DNA from: Acidobacteriota bacterium
GTDB lineage: Bacteria; Acidobacteriota; Vicinamibacteria; Vicinamibacterales; 2-12-FULL-66-21
Assembly: GCA_039648985.1 (NCBI GenBank)
Contig: JBBWZJ010000208.1
Coordinates: forward strand, 1-59,155
DNA length: 59,155 bases
Direction of reading: 5' to 3'
Of this stretch, positions 9,080-18,928 are shown in pieces. The translations under genes and the position numbers were made by a program. Positions within the stretch are counted from its first letter, which is position 1; every line of letters begins with the position of its first letter. The notes below the pieces were generated by a model that searched no databases, was not told the origin of the DNA, and saw nothing but the letters and a program-made list of their open reading frames with translations.

Positions 9080-9559
9080 ATGTCGCTTCATGCATTCGGT
9101 GCTCACAGCGGAAGGAACGCCCAGGCGAAAGACGGTCGCGTGGAAGATCGCGACGGCCACGACGATCTGCCGTCGGGAGCCGCGGAACTCGCGGAACACC
9201 GCGCGTGCGTCGGGAGGATTCGCGAGCTCCGGGAAGAGAACGAGCTGCTCCGGAAGTCGGCGGACGAATTCGCTGCACTGGCGGAGCGGCTGCAGCGCGC
9301 CCTGGTGCGCGAGCGCGCGCGCGGCGGACGCGCCGGCACGAACGGGCATTTCCACGGGAGTGACGGGAATCGCATCCTGACGATCTCGATGCAGATCGAA
9401 GCGGAGTACCGGGCGATCCCGAACCTCCGGCTGACGCGATGGCAGGCCGCGCGTCTGTGGGATCTGAACCAGCAGGAGTGCGACGAAGCGATCGCGAGCC
9501 TCGTGAAGAACCGCGTGCTGCGCGAGACCCCGGGTGGTTTCGTCCGCCGCGACAAGTAA
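9080..9559 (+). CDS. Hypothetical protein: coiled-coil motif plus C-terminal winged-helix-like domain
   Basis: Motif shared with the 5449 ORF; C-terminal IEAEYRAIPNLRLTRWQAARLWDL...LVKNRVLRETPGGF; start uncertain. Confidence 0.75.
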   Translation: MSLHAFGAHSGRNAQAKDGRVEDRDGHDDLPSGAAELAEHRACVGRIRELREENELLRKSADEFAALAERLQRALVRERARGGRAGTNGHFHGSDGNRILTISMQIEAEYRAIPNLRLTRWQAARLWDLNQQECDEAIASLVKNRVLRETPGGFVRRDK

Positions 9560-9584
9560 GCCACGCGAGGACGCCGGGAACCGT

Positions 9585-10343
9585 ATGCCATTCGAAATCA
9601 GCGCCACCGACGAGCCGAAGACAATCCTGCTCCGTGCGTACGGCGCCGGGAATGCCGGTGAAGGACAGCGGGCACTGCAAGCGGTCCAGGCGCACGAGGC
9701 GCACAACCAGGGGATCGGCATCCTCATCGACGCCGTGGAGCTGGAATTTCGCCCCTCCGACGGCGAATCCCGCGTATTCGCCGGCCTGTTCGCGACAGCG
9801 TTTCCCTGTTCGCCAATCGCGATAATCGCGAAGTCCGGCCAGTGCTACGAATCCGCCGTGTGCATCACGACGCTCTCGGTCGACCGCGGCGCCAGAGTCG
9901 CCGCATTTACGGACCGGCACGAAGCGATCGCGTGGCTCGCAGCGTGCGCCCCGGCGGCGCCAATCGAGTTTCCCGAAAGCGGCCTGCTGTCGGACGCGAA
10001 ACTCATCCCGGAAGAAGTCGTCATCCCTTACGCGCTCCGCGAAAGAATCGAGACGACCCGCGTGGACGTGGACGGGCACGACTGCGCCCTGCGCCTCGAC
10101 TCCGCACAGGGACGTCCCGTGCTCGAGCCCGAGGTCGCGGAAGTGACAGTGAGCACGGAGTACCGAGGATCGGCCCGGCGTGCGACGGTCGACCTCCGGG
10201 TGAGCAGCCTGGACGACGAGGAATACGTGGTCTCGGCCGTCGTCAACGCCATGCGGGTCGTCCTGGCAGGTGCCCCGCCGCGCCGCGCACGCTACCGCAT
10301 CAGCTGCCCACCGTTGACTTCAATCGTCTCGCCGACGACATAG
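9585..10343 (+). CDS. Hypothetical protein with N-terminal SpoIIAA/STAS-like domain
   Basis: ILID, IAII, and terminal FTDRHEAIAWL pattern typical of SpoIIAA-like domains; extra C-terminal domain. Confidence 0.65.
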   Translation: MPFEISATDEPKTILLRAYGAGNAGEGQRALQAVQAHEAHNQGIGILIDAVELEFRPSDGESRVFAGLFATAFPCSPIAIIAKSGQCYESAVCITTLSVDRGARVAAFTDRHEAIAWLAACAPAAPIEFPESGLLSDAKLIPEEVVIPYALRERIETTRVDVDGHDCALRLDSAQGRPVLEPEVAEVTVSTEYRGSARRATVDLRVSSLDDEEYVVSAVVNAMRVVLAGAPPRRARYRISCPPLTSIVSPTT

Positions 10344-11059
10344 CCGGCCGCTCGCGACGCCAGGAACGCGATCACCGTCGCGCATTCGGCGGCGGTTCCC
10401 ACCCGGCCGAGCGGAATCGCGGACACGAACGCCCGCATCATCTCCGGTGTCGAAAATACTTCGTGGAACGGTGTGTCGATCACGCCCGGAGACACGGCAT
10501 TGACTCGAACGCCGTGCGGCGCGAGCTCTTTCGCCAGCGCCTTGGTGTACGACGTGAGCGCCGCCTTCGAGGCGGCATACGCCCCCGCCCCTGGTCCGCC
10601 CCCGTTATGGCCCGCGATCGAGACGACGTTGACGATCGCGCCGCGACGCCGCTCGATCATCGACTCGGCAACCGCCTGGGATGCGAACACCGCGCTCTTG
10701 AGATTCACCGCAAGAATGTCGTCGAGCTGCTCAGCGGTGATCTCGCGGATGCCGCGGCGCACGACGAGCGAGCCGGCGTTATTCACGAGGATGTCGATGG
10801 GTCCGAGCTCCGTCCGTACACGATCCACCAGCGACCGGATGTCGTCGCCGCTCCGGACATCGGCCGCTACCGTGATCGCCCGCCCTCCTGCGGCGCCGAT
10901 CGCGTCCCGCGTCGCCTCGGCCCCCTTCTGATTGCGATGGTACGCAAGCGCGACAGACGCACCCAGGTCCGCCAGGGTGGCGGCCGTCGCGGCCCCGATC
11001 CCGGACGACGCACCGGTGACGAGCGCGGTGCTGCCGGTGAGGTCGAGGTAATTGTGCAT
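10292..11059 (-). CDS. SDR family NAD(P)-dependent oxidoreductase
   Basis: TGASSGIG, NNAG, YAASK, VNAVSPG. Confidence 0.95.
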   Translation of the reverse strand: MHNYLDLTGSTALVTGASSGIGAATAATLADLGASVALAYHRNQKGAEATRDAIGAAGGRAITVAADVRSGDDIRSLVDRVRTELGPIDILVNNAGSLVVRRGIREITAEQLDDILAVNLKSAVFASQAVAESMIERRRGAIVNVVSIAGHNGGGPGAGAYAASKAALTSYTKALAKELAPHGVRVNAVSPGVIDTPFHEVFSTPEMMRAFVSAIPLGRVGTAAECATVIAFLASRAAGYVVGETIEVNGGQLMR

Positions 11060-11119
11060 GGCCGCAGTCTACAACGTGGTCGCCGCAGGAGCCGGCAGGC
11101 GTTCCGGTGATAATGACGC

Positions 11120-12127
11120 GTGGCTGACGCGACGCACGCGAGTGGCCGGCGCCGGTTCCTGACGTCCCTGGGGGCGGCCGCGCTCGCCGGCCGGTGCCAA
11201 TCCCGCCGTGGCGCCGGCCCCATCGTCCTGCGACTCTCGCATTCGATGTCCGCGGGGTCGACCGCGCTGCACGTCTTTGGAGACAGGTTCCGCGCGCTTG
11301 CCGAAGCGGCGACCGCGGGAGCCGTCACCGTGCGGCTCTTTCCGAGCGGCACGCTTGGCCAGGAACGCGAGGTCGTCCAGCAGCTGCAGGAAGGGCTCGT
11401 AGACTTCATGGTCTCGGGGACCGCCATCTGGGGAAGTGTCGCGCCCAAGCTGCAGGCGTTCGATTTTCCGTTCCTCTGGCGCGACTGGGCCCACGTGCAC
11501 CGGGTGGTGGACGGACCCACCGGCCGCGACGCCGCGGAGTATCTCGAAGCCGCGGTTCACATCCGGCCGATTGCGTGGGGGGACTCGTTCGGCTTCCGCC
11601 AGGTCGTCACCCGGTCGCGCGACATCACGGAAGCGGGTCAGCTGACCGGGTTGAAGATCCGGACCATCCAGTCGCCGATCTACGTCAAGGCGGTCGAGCT
11701 GATGGGCGGCAGCCCCACGCCGATGGCGTTCGGCGAGGTCTACACCTCGCTGCAGACCGGCGTGATCGACGGATATGAGCATGATGCCAGCACGACCTAC
11801 CAGCAGCACTTCTACGAAGTCGCGCGGTACATGGCGCGCACGCGTCATATCGCGGGCGTGCTCGGTCTGTTCGCGTCGACAGTCGGTCTCGCGCGCCTTC
11901 CTCCCGAGATCCGCAACGCTGTCGAACACGCGGCACAAGAGGCGGCGAAGACGCAGCGGACGATGGGCCCCGCCGAGGACACGGCTGCGTCAGCCGAGCT
12001 CATGGCCCGCGGCATGACAATCCGCGACATCGACGTCACCCCCTTTCAGGCCCCGGCGGCGCGGCTGTGGGAGGCCGAAGCCGACGCGCTCGGTGTCAAC
12101 GCGTGGTTGAAGGCCATTCGCGAGTGA
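11120..12127 (+). CDS. dctP: TRAP transporter substrate-binding protein
   Basis: FPSGTLGQE, GLKIRT, EVYTSLQTGVIDG; twin-Arg N-terminus. Confidence 0.92.
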   Translation: MADATHASGRRRFLTSLGAAALAGRCQSRRGAGPIVLRLSHSMSAGSTALHVFGDRFRALAEAATAGAVTVRLFPSGTLGQEREVVQQLQEGLVDFMVSGTAIWGSVAPKLQAFDFPFLWRDWAHVHRVVDGPTGRDAAEYLEAAVHIRPIAWGDSFGFRQVVTRSRDITEAGQLTGLKIRTIQSPIYVKAVELMGGSPTPMAFGEVYTSLQTGVIDGYEHDASTTYQQHFYEVARYMARTRHIAGVLGLFASTVGLARLPPEIRNAVEHAAQEAAKTQRTMGPAEDTAASAELMARGMTIRDIDVTPFQAPAARLWEAEADALGVNAWLKAIRE

Positions 12128-13980
12128 CGGGGGGCGTCCTCGATCGGCCGGCACACGCCTCACTGCCCCGCCGCGCGCTCCAGTTGTCGATCGCCTTCCT
12201 TGTCGTTGCACAGGCAGTCGTCGTCGCGCTGCAGGTGATCGGGCGCCACGTCCTGCGGGAGCCGATCCCCTGGACCGAGGAGATCGCACGACTCCTGCTC
12301 GTCTGGCTCATGTGCGTCGGCGGTATCTCCGCGGTTCGCGATGGACAGCATCCCCGCGTCACAGCGCTGCTGCGGCTTCTGCCAGACTCGCGCCGCCGCG
12401 CGGCAGACCGCGGGTTGCGCCTTGTGCTCATCGCCTTCTTCGCCTGTCTCGTGATCCCGGCCTGGCGGCTGACTGTCGCGAGCGCCGGTGAGCGCCTGCC
12501 CGCGAGTGGCCTTTCCGGAGCGGCCATCTCCGTGGTGCTGCCCGTGTCGCTCGTCCTGATGTCGCTCGTCCTCCTGCAGCAGCTTCGGCACGAGGGCTAT
12601 GAGGTCTGGCGTGACAGGGCGTCGCAGGCATGGGCCGCGGGCGCAGCGGCCCTCGCGCTTGCGTCCGTGCTCGTGCCCCTCGTCGCCGGGGCCGCGCCAA
12701 TCGTGATCCTCGTCTCCGGCTTCCTCGTAACCGCGGCGCTTGGTGTGCCCCTGGCGTTCACACTCGCGCTCACATCGCTCACCTACCTGCTCGGCATCGG
12801 CGGCGTCAGCCTCATCATCCTGCCCATCAAGATCCTCGGCGGGGTGGACTCGTTCGTGCTCCTCGCCATCCCGCTCTTCATCGTCGGCGGCGCGCTGATG
12901 GAGTCAGGCGGCATCTCGGAACGGATTGTCGATCTTGCGATGGCGATCGTGGGACGCGTGCGCGGAGGCCTGGCCATGGTGGCCGTCGTCGCCGAGATCC
13001 TGTTTTCGGGGATCTCGGGATCGACGGCCGCGGACGTGTCGGCGATCAGTGCCCTCCTCGTGCCGTCGATGCGGCGGGCGGGCTACTCCGGACCAGAGGC
13101 CGTCAGCATCGTCGCCGCCGCTTCCGCGATGGGCATTCTCGTGCCGCCGTGCCTGACGATGGTCGTGCTCGGGTCACTCGTGAATTTGTCCATCGTCACG
13201 CTGTTTCTGGCGGGGTTCGTGCCCGCCTTCATCCTCGCGGCGGTCCTGCTCGTGCTCATCGCCATCCGTGCGCGGCGTCAGCACTGGCCGCTCAGCCCGC
13301 CGGTGAGCCGCGCCGACGTCGCCCGCGCAGCCCGCCGCGCAGCGGTCCCGCTCGGGTTGCCCGTCATCCTCTTCGGCGGGATTTTCAGCGGCGCAACGAC
13401 CGTGACCGAGGCAGCTCTCATCGCCGTCGTGTACGCACTTGTCGCAGGGATGTTGATGGGAGGCATCCGGGGCGCCGAGCTCGCCGGTCAGCTCGCGCAG
13501 AGCGGCATCGTGACGGCGACCACGTTGTGGGTCCTCGCAGCGGCCTCCGCCTTCGCCTGGATCCTGGTCCGCGAGTGGGTGCCGCAGATGCTGGGCGAAT
13601 GGATTGGCGGGATCGGCGCCGGCCGAACCGGGGTCCTCGCCATGACCGTCGTGCTGTTCGTCGTCGTCGGCGCCTTGCTCGAGGGGCTGCCGGCGCTCCT
13701 GATCTTCGGGCCGATCCTGTTCCCGATCAGCCGCGTCGTGGGCATCGACCCTGTGCACTACGGCATCGTCATCGTCGCCGCGATGGGCATCGCGTTCTTC
13801 CTGCCGCCGGTCGGCGTGGGGCTGTCGATTGCGGCAGGAATCGCGCGCGTGGACATCGACGACGTGAGCCGGACGTATGTGCCGTATCTCGTCGCGCTGC
13901 TCGTCGGGCTCGCGCTCATTGCCGCCTTCCCGCTGCTGACGCTCGTTCTGCCGCGAATCCTCCTCGGGTACAAGGGCTGA
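12124..13980 (+). CDS. TRAP transporter fused small/large permease (DctQ-DctM)
   Basis: WTEEIARL (DctQ), LLAIPLF, SGISGS, PPVG (DctM); GTGA overlap with dctP. Confidence 0.92.
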   Translation: MTGGVLDRPAHASLPRRALQLSIAFLVVAQAVVVALQVIGRHVLREPIPWTEEIARLLLVWLMCVGGISAVRDGQHPRVTALLRLLPDSRRRAADRGLRLVLIAFFACLVIPAWRLTVASAGERLPASGLSGAAISVVLPVSLVLMSLVLLQQLRHEGYEVWRDRASQAWAAGAAALALASVLVPLVAGAAPIVILVSGFLVTAALGVPLAFTLALTSLTYLLGIGGVSLIILPIKILGGVDSFVLLAIPLFIVGGALMESGGISERIVDLAMAIVGRVRGGLAMVAVVAEILFSGISGSTAADVSAISALLVPSMRRAGYSGPEAVSIVAAASAMGILVPPCLTMVVLGSLVNLSIVTLFLAGFVPAFILAAVLLVLIAIRARRQHWPLSPPVSRADVARAARRAAVPLGLPVILFGGIFSGATTVTEAALIAVVYALVAGMLMGGIRGAELAGQLAQSGIVTATTLWVLAAASAFAWILVREWVPQMLGEWIGGIGAGRTGVLAMTVVLFVVVGALLEGLPALLIFGPILFPISRVVGIDPVHYGIVIVAAMGIAFFLPPVGVGLSIAAGIARVDIDDVSRTYVPYLVALLVGLALIAAFPLLTLVLPRILLGYKG

Positions 13981-14754
13981 CTACTTCAGGAAGCCGCTGC
14001 GGACCACGGGGGCGGAGCTCAGCTCGTCGTTCAACGGATCATCCAGCGCCAGGAGCGTTCGCAATTCCGGAGACAGGGCCGACTGCACTTCTGGACTGAG
14101 CAGCCGCTTCTGATACTGCTGCTGGGGTTTGTCACGCCGGCAGTAGAAGGCGTGCATCGCCAGTCGAGGAGCCGCGGTCCGGTTGGCGGTGCCGCCGTGC
14201 CACAGGTGGGCGTTCATCACGGCGATGCTGCCGGCCTGTCCGGTGAGGAGGATTTCGTCGGGATGCGGAGCCATCGGATCCGCCAGGACGTCCTGGGGCC
14301 GCGTGCCCCACAGGTGCGAGCCGGGGACCATCCGCGTCGCGCCGTTCTCGGTCGTGAACGGGTCGAGCATCCACACGGTGTTGCACACCCAGTAGCCCTT
14401 CTCGTCGGCCACCGCACCCATGTCGACGTGCAGCGGCTGTCCCTCCTCGGAATGCGGATCGGCCGATCGCGCGTTCAGGCTGCTCAACTTCATTGCAGGG
14501 CCAAGCACGTGCCGCACGCACTCGAGCACGTCCGGCAGGGCGATGGCCCGGCGGAACACCTCGCCCTTGTCCACCAGGTTCGACAACCTGTGCGCGTTCA
14601 CTTCCTGCTTGAACTCATGGCCAGCGCGGAGTCCCTCCTCGGCGAACACCTCGGCGATGCGAGTCGTCAGCCCGTGCAGCAGATCCGTGTCGATCCGCCC
14701 GCGAAGCACCACGTATCCGTGCTCATCCAGGTGGCGACGTTCGTCCTCGGTCAT
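13981..14754 (-). CDS. Phytanoyl-CoA dioxygenase (PhyH) family Fe(II)/2OG oxygenase
   Basis: HVD iron motif, [17 protein letters not shown]; likely leaderless start at 14754. Confidence 0.9.
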   Translation of the reverse strand: MTEDERRHLDEHGYVVLRGRIDTDLLHGLTTRIAEVFAEEGLRAGHEFKQEVNAHRLSNLVDKGEVFRRAIALPDVLECVRHVLGPAMKLSSLNARSADPHSEEGQPLHVDMGAVADEKGYWVCNTVWMLDPFTTENGATRMVPGSHLWGTRPQDVLADPMAPHPDEILLTGQAGSIAVMNAHLWHGGTANRTAAPRLAMHAFYCRRDKPQQQYQKRLLSPEVQSALSPELRTLLALDDPLNDELSSAPVVRSGFLK

Positions 14755-14821
14755 GCGGTCAGCATACAACCGGACAGCCGGGGTCGGGAACGACGGCAGC
14801 CCTCTCAGCTACACTGGTGCC

Positions 14822-17248
14822 ATGCAGGATCTCCGGCTCGCGGTTCGCAACCTGCGGCTTCGGCCAGCCTTCTCGGCCATCGTCATCCTGACGCTGACGC
14901 TCGGGATCGGCGCCAACACCGCGGTCTTCACGGTCCTGAACGCCGTCGTCCTCGCGCCCCTGCCCTATGCGCACCCGGAGGAAGTCGTCGTCCTGAACGA
15001 GCAGACGCCGGAAATTCCGCTGCTCTCCGCGACGAGGCAGAACTACGAAGCGTGGCGGGATCGGGCGCAGTCGTTCACCGGCATGGCCGCAGTTCGGCCG
15101 ACCGGCATGACCCTGACAGGCGCGGGAGAACCCGAGCGCGTGCAGGTCAAGATGATCTCCGCGACCGTCCTGCCGCTGCTCGGTGTGTCGATCGCGGATG
15201 GCCGGGGATTCGGCGACGCGGACGATCGCCCCGGCGCCGAAGGCGTCGCGCTCGTCGCCGCGGGCTTCGCGGCGCGCCGCTTTCCGGGCGTGCGGCCGCT
15301 CGGGCGCAGCCTGCAGCTCGATAATGTGTCCTACACCGTGGTGGGCGTGCTCCCGGACGGATTCGAGCTGTTCCAGCCCGCTGACATCTACGTCCCGTTC
15401 GGTCCCTGGGCGGCGACACTCCCGGACGATCCCGGGTGGCATCCCGGTATTCTGCCCGTGGCACGCCTGAAGCCAGGCGTCTCGCTCCAGCAGGCGCGCG
15501 TCGAGATGGACGGCATCGCGCGGCAGCTGGAAGCCGAGCGGCGCGACTCGAACACGAACGTGCGCGTGATCGTCAGCCGCGCGCAGGACCAGCTCGTGCA
15601 GAACGTCAGACCTGCGCTGCTGGCGCTCTCGGCCGCGGTGATCCTGGTGATGCTCATCGCGTGCGCCAACGTGGCGAACCTCCTGCTCGCCCGCGCAGTC
15701 GGCCGGCAGAGAGAAATCGCCGTCCGCCTGGCCCTCGGCGGGAGCCGAAGCCGGATCGTGCGGCAGCTCGTCCTCGAGAGCATCGTCCTCTCGTCGGTCG
15801 GCGGGGCCGCCGGACTCCTGCTTGCGTGGTGGGGCGTCACGTTCCTGACGCTGTCCGGCGCCATCGGCGCCGCGCTCCCCCGCGCGCATCGCGTGGGGGT
15901 TGCATGGCCGGTCGCCTTTTTCGCGCTCGGCCTCTCGCTCGTGACCGGTCTCGCGTTCGGCCTGTTCCCGGCTGTCCAGAGCACGCGCGTCAACGTGCGC
16001 GGTTTCCTGCACGAGGATGGCCGGGGAGCCTCGTCGAGCCGCCGCCATCGCGGCATGCGCGCGGCGCTCGTCGTGGCCGAAGTCGCACTCGCTCTCGTGC
16101 TCCTCGTCGGCGCCGGGCTGCTCCTGCGCAGCTTTTCGGCGCTGACGCACGTCTCACCCGGGTTCAACGAGGCCGACCTGCTGGTCGTCAACCTCCCGAT
16201 GTCTCCGCTCACGTACCCGGACAACCTGGCACGGACCACGTCCGTCGAGCGGATCGTCGCACGCGTCCAGGCGCTGCCGCGCGTTCGCAGCGCCGCGATG
16301 ACGACGATGGTGCCCATGGCTGGAGCGGGCGCGACGATTCACTTCAACCGCGTCGCGCACCCGCCGAAGGGACCCGAGGACTACGTGATGGCGGGCTTCC
16401 GCGCCGTCACCCCGGGCTACCTCTCTGCACTGGGTGTCCCGCTGCGCCGGGGGCGTATGCTCGCGGCCACTGACGACGAGCGGGCGCCCCGCGTGGTCGT
16501 CGTCAACGAGTCGATGGCGCGCCAGTTCTTCCCCGACCGCGATCCGCTGGGTCAGTGGATCCAGCTGGGCACGGAAGCGTCCGAGGATTTTCCCAAGATG
16601 GAAATCGTCGGGATCGTCGGCGACATGAAGCAGTCGTTCGAGACCGGAGCGAAGGCGGAGATGTTCGTGCCGTACAGCCAGTACCCGGATCCGATCCTCG
16701 CGTCGCTCTACCTCAACACGGCGCTTGTCGTTCGGACTGACGGCGATCCGTCGGCCCTCACGGCCTCCGTGCGGGCCGCGGTGCGCGAGGTCGATCCCGG
16801 CCAGCCGCTCGTCAACGTCCGGACGATGGAAATGGCCGTCGCGGGCAGCGTCGCCCAGCGCCGCCTCGAAACAATCCTGCTCGTGGTCTTCGCCGGCGTC
16901 GCGGCAGCGCTCGCGATCGTCGGCGTGTACGGCATGATGGCTTACAACGTGTCGCAGCGCATCCCGGAGATCGGCGTGCGGATGGCGATCGGCGCGTCGC
17001 CCGGGCGGGTGGTCGCAATGGTCGTGTGGCAGGGCGCGCGGCTGACGCTCGTGGGCATCTGCCTCGGGCTCGGGGCGTCGGCGTTCGCCGGCGCGGCCGT
17101 GCAGCACCTGCTCTTCCAGGTCCACGGGATCGATCCGGCCACGTTCATCGTGGCACCCGTGATGCTGGCGACTGCGTCCGTACTGGCGAGTTACATTCCG
17201 GCGCTACGGGCCGCGCGGATATCGCCGTCACAGGCGCTCAACCGCTGA
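14822..17248 (+). CDS. ADOP family duplicated ABC permease (MacB/FtsX-like)
   Basis: MQDLRLAVR...LTLTLGIGANTAVF, LIACANVANLLLAR, EIGVRMAIGA, PALRAARISP. Confidence 0.93.
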   Translation: MQDLRLAVRNLRLRPAFSAIVILTLTLGIGANTAVFTVLNAVVLAPLPYAHPEEVVVLNEQTPEIPLLSATRQNYEAWRDRAQSFTGMAAVRPTGMTLTGAGEPERVQVKMISATVLPLLGVSIADGRGFGDADDRPGAEGVALVAAGFAARRFPGVRPLGRSLQLDNVSYTVVGVLPDGFELFQPADIYVPFGPWAATLPDDPGWHPGILPVARLKPGVSLQQARVEMDGIARQLEAERRDSNTNVRVIVSRAQDQLVQNVRPALLALSAAVILVMLIACANVANLLLARAVGRQREIAVRLALGGSRSRIVRQLVLESIVLSSVGGAAGLLLAWWGVTFLTLSGAIGAALPRAHRVGVAWPVAFFALGLSLVTGLAFGLFPAVQSTRVNVRGFLHEDGRGASSSRRHRGMRAALVVAEVALALVLLVGAGLLLRSFSALTHVSPGFNEADLLVVNLPMSPLTYPDNLARTTSVERIVARVQALPRVRSAAMTTMVPMAGAGATIHFNRVAHPPKGPEDYVMAGFRAVTPGYLSALGVPLRRGRMLAATDDERAPRVVVVNESMARQFFPDRDPLGQWIQLGTEASEDFPKMEIVGIVGDMKQSFETGAKAEMFVPYSQYPDPILASLYLNTALVVRTDGDPSALTASVRAAVREVDPGQPLVNVRTMEMAVAGSVAQRRLETILLVVFAGVAAALAIVGVYGMMAYNVSQRIPEIGVRMAIGASPGRVVAMVVWQGARLTLVGICLGLGASAFAGAAVQHLLFQVHGIDPATFIVAPVMLATASVLASYIPALRAARISPSQALNR

Positions 17249-17263
17249 TCCGGCCGCTATCCC

Positions 17264-18730
17264 TCAGGCGAGAATTTTCGTTGCGACCTCGCCGTGGACG
17301 TCGGTCAGACGGAAGTCCCGACCCTGGAACCTGTAGGTCAACCGCTTGTGGTCGATTCCGAGGACGTGCAGGATCGTGGCCTGCAGGTCGTAGACCGACA
17401 CGGGGTCCGACACCACGTTGTAGCTGAATTCGTCGGTCTCGCCGAGCACGAACCCGCGCTTCGTCCCGCCCCCCGCAACCCACATGCAGAAATTGCGCGG
17501 ATGATGATCCCGCCCGTAGTTCACGTCCGTGAGCTTGCCCTGGCTGAAGACCGTCCGACCGAACTCGCCGCCCCAGACGACAAGCGTATCGTCGAGGAGT
17601 CCGCGCTGCTTCAGGTCCGTGATCAGTGCCGCCGTCGGCTGGTCGGTCCCCTTGCACTGGAGCGCGAGATCCCGCGGCAGATCCTTGTGCTGGTCCCACC
17701 CGCGGTGATAGAGCTGGATGAACCGCACGTTGCGCTCCGCCAGTCGCCGGGCGAGCAGGCAGTTCGCCGCATACGATCCGGGCTTCCGCGACTCGGGCCC
17801 GTACATTTCGAAGATCGAGTCAGGCTCCTTCGACAGGTCCATCAAATCGGGCACCGAGGTCTGCATCCGGTACGCCATCTCGTACTGCGCGATGCGCGTC
17901 TCGATCTCCGGATCGCCGTAGGCCTCGTGCGTGAACGTATTGAGCTTCGCGACGGCGTCGAGCATCTGGCGGCGCGTCGTCTTGTTGATTCCCGGCGGAT
18001 CGTCGAGGTACAGCACCGGCGCGCTCCCGGTCCCGAAGCGCACCCCCTGGTAGCTCGATGGCAGGAATCCACTGGCCCAGAGCCGCGAGAAGAGCGGCTG
18101 GTCGGTGTTGATCGCGTGGGCCTGCGACAGCAGCACCACGAACGACGGCAGGTTCTGGTTCTCGCTGCCGAGTCCATAACTGAGCCACGCACCCATGCTG
18201 GGCCGCCCCGGCTGCTGGAAGCCGGTCTGGATGAACGTGATGGCGGGATCGTGGTTGATGGCCTCGGTGTTCATCGTCTTGATGACGGTGATGTCATCGA
18301 CGATTTTTGCCGTGTGCGGCAGCAGTTCACTCACCCACGTGCCCGACTGCCCGTGCTGCGCGAACGAATAGAGGGACCTGGCGACCGGCAGCGACGACTG
18401 CCCCATCGTCTGCGCCACCCGCTGCCCCTGCCGGACGGAGTCGGGGATCTGCGTGCCCTGGTACTGCGCGAGCCCCGGCTTGTAGTCGAACGTCTCGAGC
18501 TGCGAGGGGCCACCCGACTGGTGGAGGAATATGACCCGCTTCGCCTTCGGCGCGAAGTGCGGAAGGCCGACGAGCCCGCCGCTCCTGGCCGCCGCGGCCT
18601 GACCCTCAGGCCCCGCGGCAAGCAGTTCCGGGCCGAGCAGGGACGCGAGCGCCGCGATGCCGATGCCCTGCGCTGACAGCCCGAACAGCTGTCGACGCGT
18701 CATCTCGAGGGCGCGGTTGTATTCGGTCAT
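17264..18730 (-). CDS. DUF1501 family protein (sulfatase-like), Tat motif
   Basis: TRRQLF; APKAKRVIFL, GGPSQLETFDYKP, GWDQH, GEFGRT, GRDH. Confidence 0.92.
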   Translation of the reverse strand: MTEYNRALEMTRRQLFGLSAQGIGIAALASLLGPELLAAGPEGQAAAARSGGLVGLPHFAPKAKRVIFLHQSGGPSQLETFDYKPGLAQYQGTQIPDSVRQGQRVAQTMGQSSLPVARSLYSFAQHGQSGTWVSELLPHTAKIVDDITVIKTMNTEAINHDPAITFIQTGFQQPGRPSMGAWLSYGLGSENQNLPSFVVLLSQAHAINTDQPLFSRLWASGFLPSSYQGVRFGTGSAPVLYLDDPPGINKTTRRQMLDAVAKLNTFTHEAYGDPEIETRIAQYEMAYRMQTSVPDLMDLSKEPDSIFEMYGPESRKPGSYAANCLLARRLAERNVRFIQLYHRGWDQHKDLPRDLALQCKGTDQPTAALITDLKQRGLLDDTLVVWGGEFGRTVFSQGKLTDVNYGRDHHPRNFCMWVAGGGTKRGFVLGETDEFSYNVVSDPVSVYDLQATILHVLGIDHKRLTYRFQGRDFRLTDVHGEVATKILA

Positions 18731-18748
18731 GATTTCTCGATCTCGGTA

Positions 18749-18923
18749 CGAGGGTTCTACGTTTTACGGGTTCTACGTGGGTTCTAGGGTTGGGTTTTAG
18801 GGTTGTAGGGTTCTAGCGTGTAGGGGCCTCACACCAGGCCTCTAGAACGCATCGAACGTAGAACGTAAAACGTAAAACGAGACCCTATAACCCGTAAAAC
18901 CCCTAGAACCTTAAAACCCCTCG
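18749..18923. repeat. Degenerate octamer inverted-repeat element (long imperfect hairpin)
   Basis: Left arm GGGTTCTA/GGGTTTTA units, right arm TAGAACC/TAAAACC units, central GGCCT..AGGCC hairpin; AT-richer than flanks. Confidence 0.8.
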
Positions 18924-18928
18924 ATTGA

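Noticed and set aside
14420-14821. N-terminal extension of the ADOP ORF (and similar track extensions at 40696, 47683-48057, 39466-39600)
   Set aside because: Overlap neighbouring genes or regulatory DNA; family-typical starts lie downstream
18780-18815. Telomere-like TTTAGGG sequence
   Set aside because: Only incidental variants of the degenerate octamer hairpin
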